Shown here: positions 27,550 through 37,386 of the stretch, piece after piece
Position numbering within the stretch: position 1 is the stretch's first letter
Layout of the letters: each line of letters starts with the position of its first letter
Sequence record: NC_018855.1
Direction: 5' to 3' (one strand)
Length of the DNA stretch: 64,000 nucleotides
Origin: Escherichia phage HX01
Made by a program: the position numbers and the translations under genes
The notes under the pieces: generated by a model
Database searches by the model: none
Told to the model about the DNA's origin: nothing
What the model saw: only the letters and a program-made list of their open reading frames with translations

Positions 27550-27750
27550 ATGATGCCTATTCCTGATACACACGAAAAAAGTTGGGAATATATCGGCGAC
27601 GGAATGATGGAAGAAGTTGTTCGTCCAAAAACAAAACAGGTTAATGCTTCAAGCTCTTCAAGTTATAATCATTCATACGTATCGTCTTGGCCTGGCGATT
27701 CTGGGTCAAGTTATTCTGATTGTGGTTCAAGCTCAGGGAGCTGTGAATGA
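27550..27750 (+). CDS. hypothetical protein with Ser-rich C-terminus (66 aa)
   Basis: Track ORF 27427-27750 overlaps the upstream gene; trimmed to ATG 27550; alternative start ATG 27511. Confidence 0.35.
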   Translation: MMPIPDTHEKSWEYIGDGMMEEVVRPKTKQVNASSSSSYNHSYVSSWPGDSGSSYSDCGSSSGSCE

Positions 27751-27926
27751 ACAAAATAGTAAAATGGTTTAAAAGCTGGAATGATGGAGTCGAACCAGAA
27801 GATTGGTTGGATGTTCTTGAAGAGAATATGGCTAAAGAATTCCAGAAACACGAAGAGAAGCTCGTCGAAGATGAAGGCGAACGTATCGTAAAACTTTATA
27901 TGGGTGAACCATCGAGGAAATTATAA
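27747..27926 (+). CDS. hypothetical small acidic protein (59 aa)
   Basis: ATG ORF below the track cutoff, ATGA overlap at its 5' end and TAATG overlap at its 3' end with flanking genes. Confidence 0.3.
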   Translation: MNKIVKWFKSWNDGVEPEDWLDVLEENMAKEFQKHEEKLVEDEGERIVKLYMGEPSRKL

Positions 27927-28390
27927 TGGATGCTATGTTATTTAAAATGTATTTGCTTGAAGCCAAGTCGTTTAAACATATACCAGTAGAAGATAAGACT
28001 CCACTAGAAATAGCTATTCTCATTAACAAAAGTCTAAATAATCCGCAATATATCGTAGAAGAATTCTGCAAATTGCAGATTCCTAAAGGTTACAAAATTC
28101 GTGTAGAGCGAGTTGGAGCTATTACTCGTTCTAAAAATTCTCCGTTTAGTCTTGAAGAAGGCATAAAGGATTTAGGTTATGAATCTACTGAAAATGCAGT
28201 TTATGTGAATCCTGAAAAGCGTTTAGACCTGTTTGAAAAGCGAGACCATAAGTACTTTGCCAAAAAATACTTTATTACATCATTAGCAGATTTAATCCAT
28301 TTGCAGCGAGCTATTTGGAAATTTTTTAAGACAAAAGGTGTAGCACTAGAAACATTCTCTGAACCGGCTAGTTTTTATCTTGGTGAATAA
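27926..28390 (+). CDS. hypothetical protein (154 aa)
   Basis: ATG ORF coupled to neighbours. Confidence 0.5.
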   Translation: MDAMLFKMYLLEAKSFKHIPVEDKTPLEIAILINKSLNNPQYIVEEFCKLQIPKGYKIRVERVGAITRSKNSPFSLEEGIKDLGYESTENAVYVNPEKRLDLFEKRDHKYFAKKYFITSLADLIHLQRAIWKFFKTKGVALETFSEPASFYLGE

Positions 28391-28391
28391 T

Positions 28392-28571
28392 ATGGACCTT
28401 ATGAGTATGTTTGACGAGCCTGAAGTTGAGGCTCCTAAAGTGCATCGTAGTGAACTTGTTGATGAACTAGATAGTATTATACAACGACACGGCTTTAGTT
28501 TACCTGTTGAAGCCCTGAAAGACCTTGCATCTTATTATGACGACCCTCCACCATGGAGTCCTTGGAAATGA
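28392..28571 (+). CDS. hypothetical acidic protein (59 aa)
   Basis: Track TTG start trimmed to ATG 28392. Confidence 0.35.
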   Translation: MDLMSMFDEPEVEAPKVHRSELVDELDSIIQRHGFSLPVEALKDLASYYDDPPPWSPWK

Positions 28572-28732
28572 AAGAGAAATTGAAAGAGAAATTCTTACTA
28601 GAAATCAAGGAAAAAGACTTTGAGACATGGTATCGAATGGTGAAAGGGTTGACATTGCTTTTTAAAGCATCCTTATTCATGTTAGAACAACCTGGTCCTG
28701 ATGGACCTTTAGTAGGAAAGCTTAAAAAATAG
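28568..28732 (+). CDS. hypothetical small protein (54 aa)
   Basis: ATG ORF with ATGA overlap; below track cutoff. Confidence 0.25.
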   Translation: MKEKLKEKFLLEIKEKDFETWYRMVKGLTLLFKASLFMLEQPGPDGPLVGKLKK

Positions 28733-28761
28733 TTTACATTCCCTCCTCTCGTGTTATGATA
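28733..28761 (+). promoter_or_regulatory. early promoter
   Basis: GTTTAC, 17-nt spacer, TATGAT. Confidence 0.5.
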
Positions 28762-28787
28762 GGCTTATCTTTAAATGGAGGTCTATC

Positions 28788-29369
28788 ATGACATGTCAAT
28801 CTGAACTTCAAGAACGTGAATACCTAACAAATCTGATTGATAGCAAATTCACCCACCAAGAACAAAACATTCTCTGGGCTTGCACCGATTCTAAGGAAGA
28901 CCCGGATTTCCACTATGAATTAGACCATCTTGTTCGTAAGCATATGACTTCTACAGTACCAGTAGAACTCTACCGTGGTGTAACTCCAGAAGAAGTAGAA
29001 CGTCTTTCCCTTCTTTCTGTTGGATGCCATTGGTCTCCTGGACGAGTAACATCGTTCACAACTGATTTCAGTACAGCTCGTCAATTCTCTGGGAGATGGG
29101 AATATCAGACGTACACTATTCTTAGTCTCAGGAATGCTCCATTCATTTTTGATTACTACCAAAACATGGTTAATATTGTACTCGCCGGAAAGAACCCTAA
29201 GCATGTTATGGAAGAAACACGTGTTGATGTCCTAGATATGATTGAATCTGAACAAGAGTACATGGTTTCAAGTATCTCTAGATTTGAGATTGTGGAAATC
29301 GAAGAGTTAGAGTATGACCCTTTGTCTCGAGTATACAAAATCATTCACTTAAAGATGTTGAATTTTTAG
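28788..29369 (+). CDS. Mod-like ADP-ribosyltransferase (ModA/ModB family paralog 1)
   Basis: 193 aa with R-S-E triad pattern (LYRGV, SFTTDFSTA, ESEQEYMV); syntenic with T4 modA/modB between soc and srd. Confidence 0.6.
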   Translation: MTCQSELQEREYLTNLIDSKFTHQEQNILWACTDSKEDPDFHYELDHLVRKHMTSTVPVELYRGVTPEEVERLSLLSVGCHWSPGRVTSFTTDFSTARQFSGRWEYQTYTILSLRNAPFIFDYYQNMVNIVLAGKNPKHVMEETRVDVLDMIESEQEYMVSSISRFEIVEIEELEYDPLSRVYKIIHLKMLNF

Positions 29370-29398
29370 TTTACAACCACCACAGACGGTGTTATGAT
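29369..29398 (+). promoter_or_regulatory. early promoter
   Basis: GTTTAC, 17-nt spacer, TATGAT. Confidence 0.5.
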
Positions 29399-29428
29399 TA
29401 CTTTATCGAAACGTGAGGAGAAACCTAA

Positions 29429-30037
29429 ATGTTTATGCCGTATAACGAGTGTGAAATTGAAGAAATGGTTCGTCGTGCTCAAAACCCCGAATATCAAGAT
29501 GTATTGCAGTACGAAATTGATAGTCAATTCAGCGACATTGAACAAAGTGTACTGTGGCAGTGTATGGAAAACAAGCCAGACTGTATTCAACAGGAGTTAA
29601 GTTCAATCGTTCGTAGAAATTGGACGTCTTCTGTTCCTGAGACAATGTATCGTGGAATCTCTAAGAAAACTATGGCCACACTCGATGATAAAGGTATTGG
29701 TAGTATTATTAAATTTGACAGAGTAATGAGCTTCAGCCCAGTGTTCGGTGTAGCACGTAACTTTGCTTCGTATAATTTTTACGGAACATTTAATATGTTC
29801 TGCATCAAAGATGCACCATTTGCTTTCAACTTCCGTGAACATATGCTTAACATGATTCTGGCTGCGCCATCTTGTGAGTTCAATGGAGCTTTCCCTGAAG
29901 CGACAAGACGGTCTAATGCTAGACTTATATCTGACGAATGTGAATTTATGCTCCCTATAGGGACTACACTGCGTGTAGATTCTATTATTCAGGATGGACG
30001 TTATACAATCTGGAATCTGTCTATTGTCAGTTACTGA
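29429..30037 (+). CDS. Mod-like ADP-ribosyltransferase (ModA/ModB family paralog 2)
   Basis: 202 aa with MYRGI, SFSPVFGVA and SDECEFM (R-S-ExE pattern); paralogous to the upstream gene. Confidence 0.6.
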   Translation: MFMPYNECEIEEMVRRAQNPEYQDVLQYEIDSQFSDIEQSVLWQCMENKPDCIQQELSSIVRRNWTSSVPETMYRGISKKTMATLDDKGIGSIIKFDRVMSFSPVFGVARNFASYNFYGTFNMFCIKDAPFAFNFREHMLNMILAAPSCEFNGAFPEATRRSNARLISDECEFMLPIGTTLRVDSIIQDGRYTIWNLSIVSY

Positions 30038-30190
30038 CTGAATTGGAATAACCGGATGGAACTCAGAACCATTATAACACATAAAAAATTAAAGCATTTT
30101 ATGAAAAAAGAGTGTACACTACCTGAGGGCATGATATTATAAGCTTATCAGCTAAATGACCTTAACGTCCGTAAGACAGAGGAAAATATT

Positions 30191-30937
30191 ATGTTATCAA
30201 ATAATAAAATTAACAAAATTAATCGTCGTCTTGACCACACCAGAGCTTCTGCGAAGAGACGCTCTAAGGATTTTAACTTAGACTTTAATTACCTTAAAAA
30301 CATTCTTGATCAAAAGGTCTGCGCTTACTCAGGTGAATCTTTCAATAACTCTGTTGAAGGTGAGAAATTATCCTTAGAACGTTTTAATAATGATATCGGC
30401 TACATTAAAGGTAATGTTATCCCAGTTAAGAAAAAATATAACACGGCTCGTTCTGATTTAACATTAGAAGAACTTATTGAGAAACGTGATGCCATTGCAA
30501 GACGTATCGCTAATCCTTCTGTTCGTAAAGTAGAGAAACTTAATCTCGACGAGAAGAAATGGGCCCAAATTAAAAAGGTTTATGGTACTATTTTAAAAAT
30601 CCGAGCAAAACGTGAAAATCGTGTTAAGCATATGGCGAACATGATGAAAAATCAACCTTTATCTAACGAATCTAAACTTAGAATTGTTGCTTTGAAAGCA
30701 CGCATTAACGGCTCACATCAAGCAGAAGGCCATGAACTTACTAAACTCAACGTTCTTCTTAAAGGCTCTGACTGGAAAACTAAAACTAAATTAACTGACG
30801 CTGAATCGCTTTTCGATACATATGATAAAGTTATCCAAGGTCTGCAACGTTTTGAAAAGATTGGTTTCATTGGTAAATTAAAATTGAAACGTGGCTTACC
30901 ACTTAGCGCATCATTATTCCAACTGGTTAAAGGTTAA
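30191..30937 (+). CDS. Srd-like protein (by synteny), basic 248-aa protein
   Basis: ORF between the mod paralogs and dda.1/dda, as srd is in T4; no confident motif-level assignment. Confidence 0.35.
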   Translation: MLSNNKINKINRRLDHTRASAKRRSKDFNLDFNYLKNILDQKVCAYSGESFNNSVEGEKLSLERFNNDIGYIKGNVIPVKKKYNTARSDLTLEELIEKRDAIARRIANPSVRKVEKLNLDEKKWAQIKKVYGTILKIRAKRENRVKHMANMMKNQPLSNESKLRIVALKARINGSHQAEGHELTKLNVLLKGSDWKTKTKLTDAESLFDTYDKVIQGLQRFEKIGFIGKLKLKRGLPLSASLFQLVKG

Positions 30938-30939
30938 TT

Positions 30940-31251
30940 ATGGTTTATGTATATGCAATAGTTTATCGAGATATGGAAGGATTTACTGTCCCGGTTCCAC
31001 TTGATGAGCATCGTCCTGCGGTATTTTTTAGAAAGGATATTGCAGATAAAGTTTTCGATACTTTGAAAACACAGTATAAAACAGATTTAAAAATGGGAGT
31101 TCTAAGAATGGTCGAAACTCCGCGTAAGTTCTGGTTTAATAAGCTTGAAATGAAACACGTTAAACTAGATGCGGAGACGCAAAGATTGTATCAACGAATC
31201 CTGGACACAGGCCGTATTGTTAGTATTCCAATTGCAGGGACTTTACGATGA
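30940..31251 (+). CDS. hypothetical protein (103 aa), dda.1-like by position
   Basis: ORF coupled to dda by ATGA overlap. Confidence 0.45.
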   Translation: MVYVYAIVYRDMEGFTVPVPLDEHRPAVFFRKDIADKVFDTLKTQYKTDLKMGVLRMVETPRKFWFNKLEMKHVKLDAETQRLYQRILDTGRIVSIPIAGTLR

Positions 31252-32561
31252 CATTTGATGATTTGACTGAAGGCCAGAAAAACGCCTTCAACGTTGTTAT
31301 GGAAGCTATTAAAGAAAAGAAACATCATGTAACTATTAATGGACCTGCTGGTACAGGTAAAACAACCCTTACTAGATTCATCGTTGAAGCCCTTATTTCT
31401 TCTGGAGAATCAGGTATTATTTTAGCAGCCCCTACACATGCTGCTAAAAAGGTTCTAAGCAAACTTGCAGGTCAAGAAGCATCGACTATTCATAGCATTC
31501 TTAAAATCAACCCAACTACATACGAAGAAAACGTATTGTTTGAACAGAAAAAGGTTCCCGACTTAGCCTTGTGTCGTGTACTGTTATTTGATGAAGCGTC
31601 AATGTGCGACCGTTCTCTGTTTAAAATAATGTTAGCTAGTATCCCTAAATGGTGCACAGTAATTGGAATCGGCGACCGATGTCAAATTCGACCGGTAGAC
31701 CCAGGCGAATCAACTGCGTATCTAAGTCCTTTCTTCACTCACAAAGACTTCGTGCAATGCAACCTTACAGAAGTTAAACGTAGTAATGCACCAATTATTG
31801 ATGTTGCGACTGATATTCGTAATGGCAAATGGATTTACGATAAAGTAGTTGATGGACACGGTGTTCATGGATATACAGACCTTAAATCGTATATGATGAA
31901 CTATTTTAACGTCGTTAAAACTCCTGAAGACCTTTTCGAAAATCGAATGATGGCATTCACAAATAAGTCGGTGGACAAGTTAAATTCAATTATTCGCCGA
32001 AAACTTCTTGAAACAGAAAAACCATTTATTAAAGACGAAGTCATTGTTCTACAAGAGCCATTTACTAAGACATATAAGCTAGACGGTAAAAATATGACCG
32101 AAATGCTTTTCAATAATGGGCAATTCGTTCGTATTCGAGATGCTGTAGAAACGTCTACATTCGTTAAAGCACGTGGTGTTTCAGGCGAATATATGATACG
32201 ATACTGGAATCTTACAGTAGAAACATATGGTGATGATGAAGAATACGTCCGCGAAGATATAAAGGTTATTTCTTCTGAAGAAGAGCTTTATAAATTCAAT
32301 TTGTTTTTGGCTAAGGCCGCAGAAACATACAAATTCTGGAATAAAGGTGGTAAAGCTCCATGGAGCGAATTCTGGGATGCTAAACGCATGTTCACTAAGG
32401 TGAAGGCACTACCTGTATCAACCTTCCATAAGGCCCAGGGTATGTCTGTTGACACGGCCTTTGTTTATACACCGTGTATCCATTATGCCGATTCAGAATT
32501 AGCTAAACAGTTATTGTATGTCGGCACAACTCGTGGTCGGTTTGACGTCCATTTTATTTGA
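31248..32561 (+). CDS. dda: Dda DNA helicase (SF1B)
   Basis: 437 aa; MTFDDLTEGQKNAFNVVMEAIKEKKHHVTINGPAGTGKTT and later blocks closely match T4 Dda. Confidence 0.9.
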   Translation: MTFDDLTEGQKNAFNVVMEAIKEKKHHVTINGPAGTGKTTLTRFIVEALISSGESGIILAAPTHAAKKVLSKLAGQEASTIHSILKINPTTYEENVLFEQKKVPDLALCRVLLFDEASMCDRSLFKIMLASIPKWCTVIGIGDRCQIRPVDPGESTAYLSPFFTHKDFVQCNLTEVKRSNAPIIDVATDIRNGKWIYDKVVDGHGVHGYTDLKSYMMNYFNVVKTPEDLFENRMMAFTNKSVDKLNSIIRRKLLETEKPFIKDEVIVLQEPFTKTYKLDGKNMTEMLFNNGQFVRIRDAVETSTFVKARGVSGEYMIRYWNLTVETYGDDEEYVREDIKVISSEEELYKFNLFLAKAAETYKFWNKGGKAPWSEFWDAKRMFTKVKALPVSTFHKAQGMSVDTAFVYTPCIHYADSELAKQLLYVGTTRGRFDVHFI

Positions 32562-32570
32562 GAGAAAATT

Positions 32571-33248
32571 ATGAGCACTGATGTTATTATAGATTTTGAA
32601 ACATTCGGCAATACATCAAAAGCGGCTGTTATTGACCTTGCGGTTATTGCATATAATTCCGACCCTGAAGTTGTTGAATCATTTGAAGAACTTGTTCAAC
32701 GAGGTAAGCGAATTAAATTTAATTTAGCTTCTCAGAAAGGGAAGCGAGTTTTCGCTAAATCCACTATGAAATGGTGGAAAGAACAATCGGCTGAAGCGCG
32801 TAAAAACTTGGCTCCGTCTGAAGACGATGTCACTACGCTTGAAGGCATTAAAATCTTTTTAGATTATTGCCGAGCTAATAAAGTTGACCAATGGAAATCA
32901 CAGATGTGGTGTCGTGGTATGAGCTTTGACTTCCCAATCTTGGTCGATTTGATTCGTGACCTCTATCGTGATGAAGGTGTTCTTGAACCAGATATTGATA
33001 CTGATAAATTAGAACCTGTTAAATTCTGGGCTCAACGTGATATTCGTACGGCAATCGAAGCTTACTCGTTGACACGAGGATTAAGTATGTGTCCATTACC
33101 GATGGGTACGCTAAAAGGATTCGTTGCCCATGATAGTATTCATGATTGTGCTAAAGATATTTTGATGTTAAAATATGCTCAGCGTTATGCGCTTGGCCTT
33201 GAAGATGTCCCTGAGAATCCTGATCCGTTAAGTGTAAAACAGCGATAA
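32571..33248 (+). CDS. dexA: DexA exonuclease A (DnaQ-like 3'-5' exonuclease)
   Basis: 225 aa; IIDFETFG, CRGMSFDFPILVDLIRD and FVAHDSIHDCAKDILMLKYA closely match T4 DexA. Confidence 0.85.
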   Translation: MSTDVIIDFETFGNTSKAAVIDLAVIAYNSDPEVVESFEELVQRGKRIKFNLASQKGKRVFAKSTMKWWKEQSAEARKNLAPSEDDVTTLEGIKIFLDYCRANKVDQWKSQMWCRGMSFDFPILVDLIRDLYRDEGVLEPDIDTDKLEPVKFWAQRDIRTAIEAYSLTRGLSMCPLPMGTLKGFVAHDSIHDCAKDILMLKYAQRYALGLEDVPENPDPLSVKQR

Positions 33249-33252
33249 AACA

Positions 33253-33282
33253 GTTTACAACCAAGGATGGTTGGAGTATAAT
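33253..33282 (+). promoter_or_regulatory. early promoter
   Basis: GTTTAC, 17-nt spacer, TATAAT. Confidence 0.55.
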
Positions 33283-33313
33283 CTTTCTATCTTAACCAAA
33301 CAGGAAAAACATT

Positions 33314-33808
33314 ATGAATATCAATACTATGGCTACTTACATCCTGAAAGACGAAAAACAAATCAACTGGTACGGTGCTTCAGTGCGAGCTTATGAAAAG
33401 TTTTGTGAAATTTTAGGTGCCACTCAAGGTAATAGTTTCACTATTGTTAACTTCATCAAACAAGCTGAAGGCCCTTGGTTATTCTTAGAAATTAAAAATT
33501 CACACGGTACAATTTCTACTACCGCCCTTCCAAGCACTGACTTTGAACTGTTGATTGAAGAAGCACCTGTTAAAGATGGTCTCCACTTTGATATGGACAT
33601 CGCTTGTATGTACGGTACTCTGATTAAGCCTATTGAGCCTACTGATTTGTTGTGTAAAGCTGTTTCAATTCGACGTCCGTTCGCAGGACCAGTGAGTGGA
33701 TGGGTAACTGATCAGTGGATTGAAGACGGTGTTGAACTTCTGAACGTAGTTCATGCGGGTGATTTTAGTGTAGTTCCACGTAGTGCAGTAGTTAATATCC
33801 TTAATTAA
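33314..33808 (+). CDS. hypothetical protein, member 1 of a tandem paralog triplet
   Basis: 164 aa; C-terminus GWVTDQWIEDGVELLNVVHAGDFSVVP is shared with the next two ORFs. Confidence 0.55.
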   Translation: MNINTMATYILKDEKQINWYGASVRAYEKFCEILGATQGNSFTIVNFIKQAEGPWLFLEIKNSHGTISTTALPSTDFELLIEEAPVKDGLHFDMDIACMYGTLIKPIEPTDLLCKAVSIRRPFAGPVSGWVTDQWIEDGVELLNVVHAGDFSVVPRSAVVNILN

Positions 33809-33810
33809 TG

Positions 33811-33840
33811 TTGTACATCCAAGGATGGATGGAGTATAAT
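33811..33840 (+). promoter_or_regulatory. early promoter (variant -35 TTGTAC)
   Basis: TTGTAC, 18-nt spacer, TATAAT; the AAGGATGG(A/T)TGGAGTATAAT block is shared with the promoter at 33253. Confidence 0.45.
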
Positions 33841-33872
33841 GAATTCAATTTAAACAAAGAGAGAGAGAAATT

Positions 33873-34337
33873 ATGATTACTATTGGTGAAATCCTTCGTG
33901 TATCTCCTGCTTCTCGTTCTAAAGCTGCAGGTCGTCTGGTTGAAGTAGCAGGGCTTCGTACTAACGGCATGGGACGTGTTAAAGAAGTTAAAGTTCGAAT
34001 CATCCCCAGTTTTGGCGGACAAGATGCCCAGTATGCTTACGTAAGTCCTAAATTCCTGGAAAAACATATACGAGTCCAATTTGCTTCAAGCGATATCGTT
34101 GAGCCTACTACACAGTTCAAATGGGCCCTTTGCAAAGGCGTTGAATTTATAACCGATAAAGAATTTGATTACATCGACGAATACGGATATCCAAGCAAAA
34201 CTGATATTATGTGTGGCTTCATTAGTGACCAATGGGTTGAAGATGGTGAAAAGTTATACAATATCGTATTCTTAGGTGACTTCCGAGTTGTTAAAGAATC
34301 TGAAATCACTCGCTATGTGTCTCCTCGTAAAGCTTAA
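33873..34337 (+). CDS. hypothetical protein, member 2 of tandem paralog triplet
   Basis: 154 aa; shares N-terminal SPASRSKAAGRLVEV and C-terminal GFISDQWVEDGEKLYNIVFLGDF blocks with the flanking paralogs. Confidence 0.55.
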   Translation: MITIGEILRVSPASRSKAAGRLVEVAGLRTNGMGRVKEVKVRIIPSFGGQDAQYAYVSPKFLEKHIRVQFASSDIVEPTTQFKWALCKGVEFITDKEFDYIDEYGYPSKTDIMCGFISDQWVEDGEKLYNIVFLGDFRVVKESEITRYVSPRKA

Positions 34338-34346
34338 GGAATTATT

Positions 34347-34766
34347 ATGAATATTGTAAATCTTTCTACAGGTGATTACGTATATGTATCTGTTGCTTCT
34401 CGCTCTAAAGTTGCCGGGAAGTTGGTTGAAGTTCTTTCTGTGAGTGATCCGGTTTTTGGACGTAACGAAGTTAAAGTTCGTGACGCCGATGGTAATATTG
34501 GTTACGTTAAAAGCCAATTCATTGAACCAGAAGAAAAGGCGTTCAAATGGGGACTATGCAGATCAGTTTCTGTTGAAAAAGACCACGAATTCACTATTGC
34601 TGCGGCAACCGATGGAACGCCATGGAAAACTAAGCAAATCGCCGGATTTATTAGCGACCGTTGGGTAGAAGATGGTGTTAAGCTTTATAACATCGTTTTC
34701 GCTGGTCAGTTCATGGTAGTTCCTGAATTCCAAATTAAAAAATATAGCCCAGCTGCTTTCGCATAA
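34347..34766 (+). CDS. hypothetical protein, member 3 of tandem paralog triplet
   Basis: 139 aa; VASRSKVAGKLVEV and GFISDRWVEDGVKLYNIVFAGQF blocks. Confidence 0.55.
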   Translation: MNIVNLSTGDYVYVSVASRSKVAGKLVEVLSVSDPVFGRNEVKVRDADGNIGYVKSQFIEPEEKAFKWGLCRSVSVEKDHEFTIAAATDGTPWKTKQIAGFISDRWVEDGVKLYNIVFAGQFMVVPEFQIKKYSPAAFA

Positions 34767-34770
34767 AGTT

Positions 34771-34799
34771 GTTTACTTCTCCTCTGGTTTTGATATTAT
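34771..34799 (+). promoter_or_regulatory. early promoter
   Basis: GTTTAC, 17-nt spacer, TATTAT. Confidence 0.5.
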
Positions 34800-34825
34800 A
34801 GCCATATTAACCAGAGGAGAATAAT

Positions 34826-35350
34826 ATGTTAGTTTACCGCGTAGAACGTAGTTTTTGTACTCAACGTGAATCATTACCAGGAATTGCTATTGAAGACGGT
34901 AAAGCCGTCAGAATTTGGGAAACCTCTTGGAATAAAGAACCTCGCTCACCATACGGTTGGTCAGGCACCGACAACTCTGAAGAAACATGGGAGTTCCTTG
35001 ATAAACATGGAATACTCTCAGGTAACTTCTACCATCATGGCGACAACTATAATGTCCCTAATCGTCCTACAGTAAATGAAGACAAACTCCTTGAACAAAA
35101 TATCTTAAGATACTATAGAATTGAGCACACATTTGAATTGAGTGAAGATTGGGCTCAAGGGTTCTATTTTGGATTTGAAAGTGTTGACGCGGTTTATGCA
35201 TGGTTTGATGACCAGGTGGATGTTGAACTCCTGAAAGCTAAAGGATACTACATCGCCGTCTATGAAGCACCTGATTTCATCCTCGGAAGTTGTCAATTAA
35301 TGTTTAGACGTTCATTGGCAGAACAAGTTGATTTTATTTTGCTAAAATGA
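34826..35350 (+). CDS. hypothetical protein (174 aa)
   Basis: ATG ORF with AGAGGAG ribosome-binding site. Confidence 0.5.
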   Translation: MLVYRVERSFCTQRESLPGIAIEDGKAVRIWETSWNKEPRSPYGWSGTDNSEETWEFLDKHGILSGNFYHHGDNYNVPNRPTVNEDKLLEQNILRYYRIEHTFELSEDWAQGFYFGFESVDAVYAWFDDQVDVELLKAKGYYIAVYEAPDFILGSCQLMFRRSLAEQVDFILLK

Positions 35351-35407
35351 TGTACAACAACTATGGTCTATGATACTATAGACCTATCAAAACAAGAGGA
35401 GAATATT

Positions 35408-35635
35408 ATGAAACGTCAAATCATTAAAAACGTAACTACTGATTCAAACATCGATGAGTTTGAAGATGTTCTGTTTAATCCTGATTTAGTTGTTGTACAG
35501 AAAAGCTGGACCGAATTTTTATGCTACACCGAAGTGGTTTACGTTTACGAAAAACTCGGTGATGAAATGCCTATCTATGGTATCTTCCGTGAAATCACTG
35601 AAAACGGTACAACTTATTGGAAGGAAACTTACTAA
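35408..35635 (+). CDS. hypothetical protein (75 aa)
   Basis: Track start 35363 lies inside the promoter; trimmed to ATG 35408 with GAGGAG ribosome-binding site. Confidence 0.45.
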   Translation: MKRQIIKNVTTDSNIDEFEDVLFNPDLVVVQKSWTEFLCYTEVVYVYEKLGDEMPIYGIFREITENGTTYWKETY

Positions 35636-36045
35636 TGGCTAATAAATTTGAAGTTAATAAATGGTATCAGTTCATAGATAAACGTGCCCAAGAAGAGTTT
35701 ATTAAAGACCACACTGATAATGGGATTTATGCACGACGTCTTGGCATGGAGCCATTTAAAGTATTAGATGTTGACCATCTTGGACGTCCTACTAAACTTG
35801 TGACATCTACTGGCATGGTTGGATACGCAACAGGCGGTGATATCCTTGATGAAAACTTTATCTGGCTCTCCACAAATGAAGCAGAGTTCTTTGACGAAGT
35901 TGAAAATCCATATCAAGCGTCCGAAGAGCAAGATTCTGGTGAACTTGACGAATTGTCTGAATTTCCTGTGATGACGATTACTATCGAAAATAATGATCAG
36001 GCATGGTCTTTGTATCAAATGTTGAAAACACATTTTAAGGAATAA
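35635..36045 (+). CDS. hypothetical acidic protein (136 aa)
   Basis: Track TTG start trimmed to ATG 35635 (TAATG overlap). Confidence 0.5.
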   Translation: MANKFEVNKWYQFIDKRAQEEFIKDHTDNGIYARRLGMEPFKVLDVDHLGRPTKLVTSTGMVGYATGGDILDENFIWLSTNEAEFFDEVENPYQASEEQDSGELDELSEFPVMTITIENNDQAWSLYQMLKTHFKE

Positions 36046-36047
36046 TA

Positions 36048-36227
36048 ATGCCATTATACGACTATAAATGTCAATCTGAAGATTGTGGCCATGAATATGA
36101 AAAAATTAAAAGAATTTCTGAACGAGAAAACGATGTTTGCCCTGAATGTCATCGTTTGTCTACTCGTCGGGTTTCTGCTCCTAAACATGTGAACGGTGGT
36201 TTTTACGACTTACTTAAGAAGGGTTAA
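36048..36227 (+). CDS. small zinc-ribbon protein (59 aa), FmdB-like pattern
   Basis: MPLYDYKC..CGHEYE...VCPECH: two CxxC pairs, typical of small zinc-ribbon proteins; below track cutoff. Confidence 0.4.
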   Translation: MPLYDYKCQSEDCGHEYEKIKRISERENDVCPECHRLSTRRVSAPKHVNGGFYDLLKKG

Positions 36228-36229
36228 TT

Positions 36230-36655
36230 ATGGCTTTTAAAGGTTTTGAAGTTGGTAAGAAATATCGTATTATCAAAGGACAGGAAGATAATTTCTTGAG
36301 AATTCTTAATACGACTGGTAAACGTCTTAATACTAATCTGCATACTACTTTGTTGTCCAAAGATTTTATTGTAGAAGAGATGATTGGTTACGGCGTTTCG
36401 GTTATTGCCGTAGAAGCCGTAGGCGATTATGGCCGAACTATTCATAGTATGCAAGGTGATATTCTGCTTTATGGTGCAGAATTTAAATTCTTTGAAGAAG
36501 TTCCGGAACCAGATACATCTGTCGATTTCAAAAAAGGCTCTGTAGAATTTGTTGATGGTTCGGTGATCGTATCAGGTGATGTGGTCATTACAGTTAAAAG
36601 TGAACAAGGGCGTTTGGCTGCAATTGATGCACTTCAGAAAATTAAATTTAAATAA
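36230..36655 (+). CDS. hypothetical protein (141 aa)
   Basis: ATG ORF followed by a terminator. Confidence 0.5.
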   Translation: MAFKGFEVGKKYRIIKGQEDNFLRILNTTGKRLNTNLHTTLLSKDFIVEEMIGYGVSVIAVEAVGDYGRTIHSMQGDILLYGAEFKFFEEVPEPDTSVDFKKGSVEFVDGSVIVSGDVVITVKSEQGRLAAIDALQKIKFK

Positions 36656-36672
36656 GGGCTTCGGCCCTTTTT
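36656..36672 (+). terminator. rho-independent terminator
   Basis: GGGC-ttcg-GCCC hairpin followed by TTTTT, directly after the stop. Confidence 0.6.
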
Positions 36673-36702
36673 GCTTTAGATTTCGGATGATAGAATACCT
36701 TT

Positions 36703-37386
36703 ATGAAATACATAACATACTTAACAATATACACAGGCGATAAGTTGCCACCGTTTTATATAGGGTCTACTTATCTTGATAAACATACAAACAATTACTA
36801 TCATGGTACGGTAAAGTCGAAAAAATATAAACAAATTTATGATAAAGAGATAAAAGATAATCCTCATTTATTTGATTCATGTATTATTGGCGAATTTGAT
36901 ACACGGGAAGAAGCGACGTTTTGTGAGTTGTATTACCAGAAATTGCATAATGTGGTTAAATCTGAAAAATTTTTCAACATGTCTTATGCCACAGTTGATG
37001 GGTGCTTTGGTATGGATGTTTCAAAAGAGTTAAATCCATTTTATGGACATAATCACTCTGAAGAAACTATTGAACTACAATCCGTTATCAAGAAAGGCGA
37101 TCTTAATCCGATGTATGGAATTAAGCGCCCGGAACATTCTAAAGCAATGAGTGGCAAAAACAATCCATTTTATAATAAGAAACATACAAAGGAAGCGCTT
37201 ATAAAGTGTGGGCTTAAAAATCGTAAAAGTCCTGTATGGGAATATGAATCTGCTTTATATAAATTATGGTTAGAATTGGATAAACCAAAGGTTGGGAAAT
37301 TTGCTAAAGAAAGCATTAAACGTGGATTTCCGGAAGGTTCATACAAAAATATAGTCATGCAATTTGAGAGAAAATCTAATGATTGA
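36703..37386 (+). mobile_element. GIY-YIG homing endonuclease (Seg-like)
   Basis: 227 aa; N-terminal YITYLTIYTGDKLPPFYIGSTY (GIY-YIG motif) and C-terminal NPFYG / NPMYG / NNPFYNKKHT repeats (NUMOD3-like); stop overlaps the start of gene 39. Confidence 0.65.

Noticed and set aside
29394-29600. Track ORF of 68 aa overlapping the promoter and start of the second Mod-like gene
   Set aside because: Different frame from the well-supported Mod-like ORF and begins inside the promoter -10 region.
29603-30082. Minus-strand 159-aa ORF overlapping the second Mod-like gene
   Set aside because: Antisense to a gene with a recognisable R-S-E motif pattern; Cys/His-rich low-complexity product.
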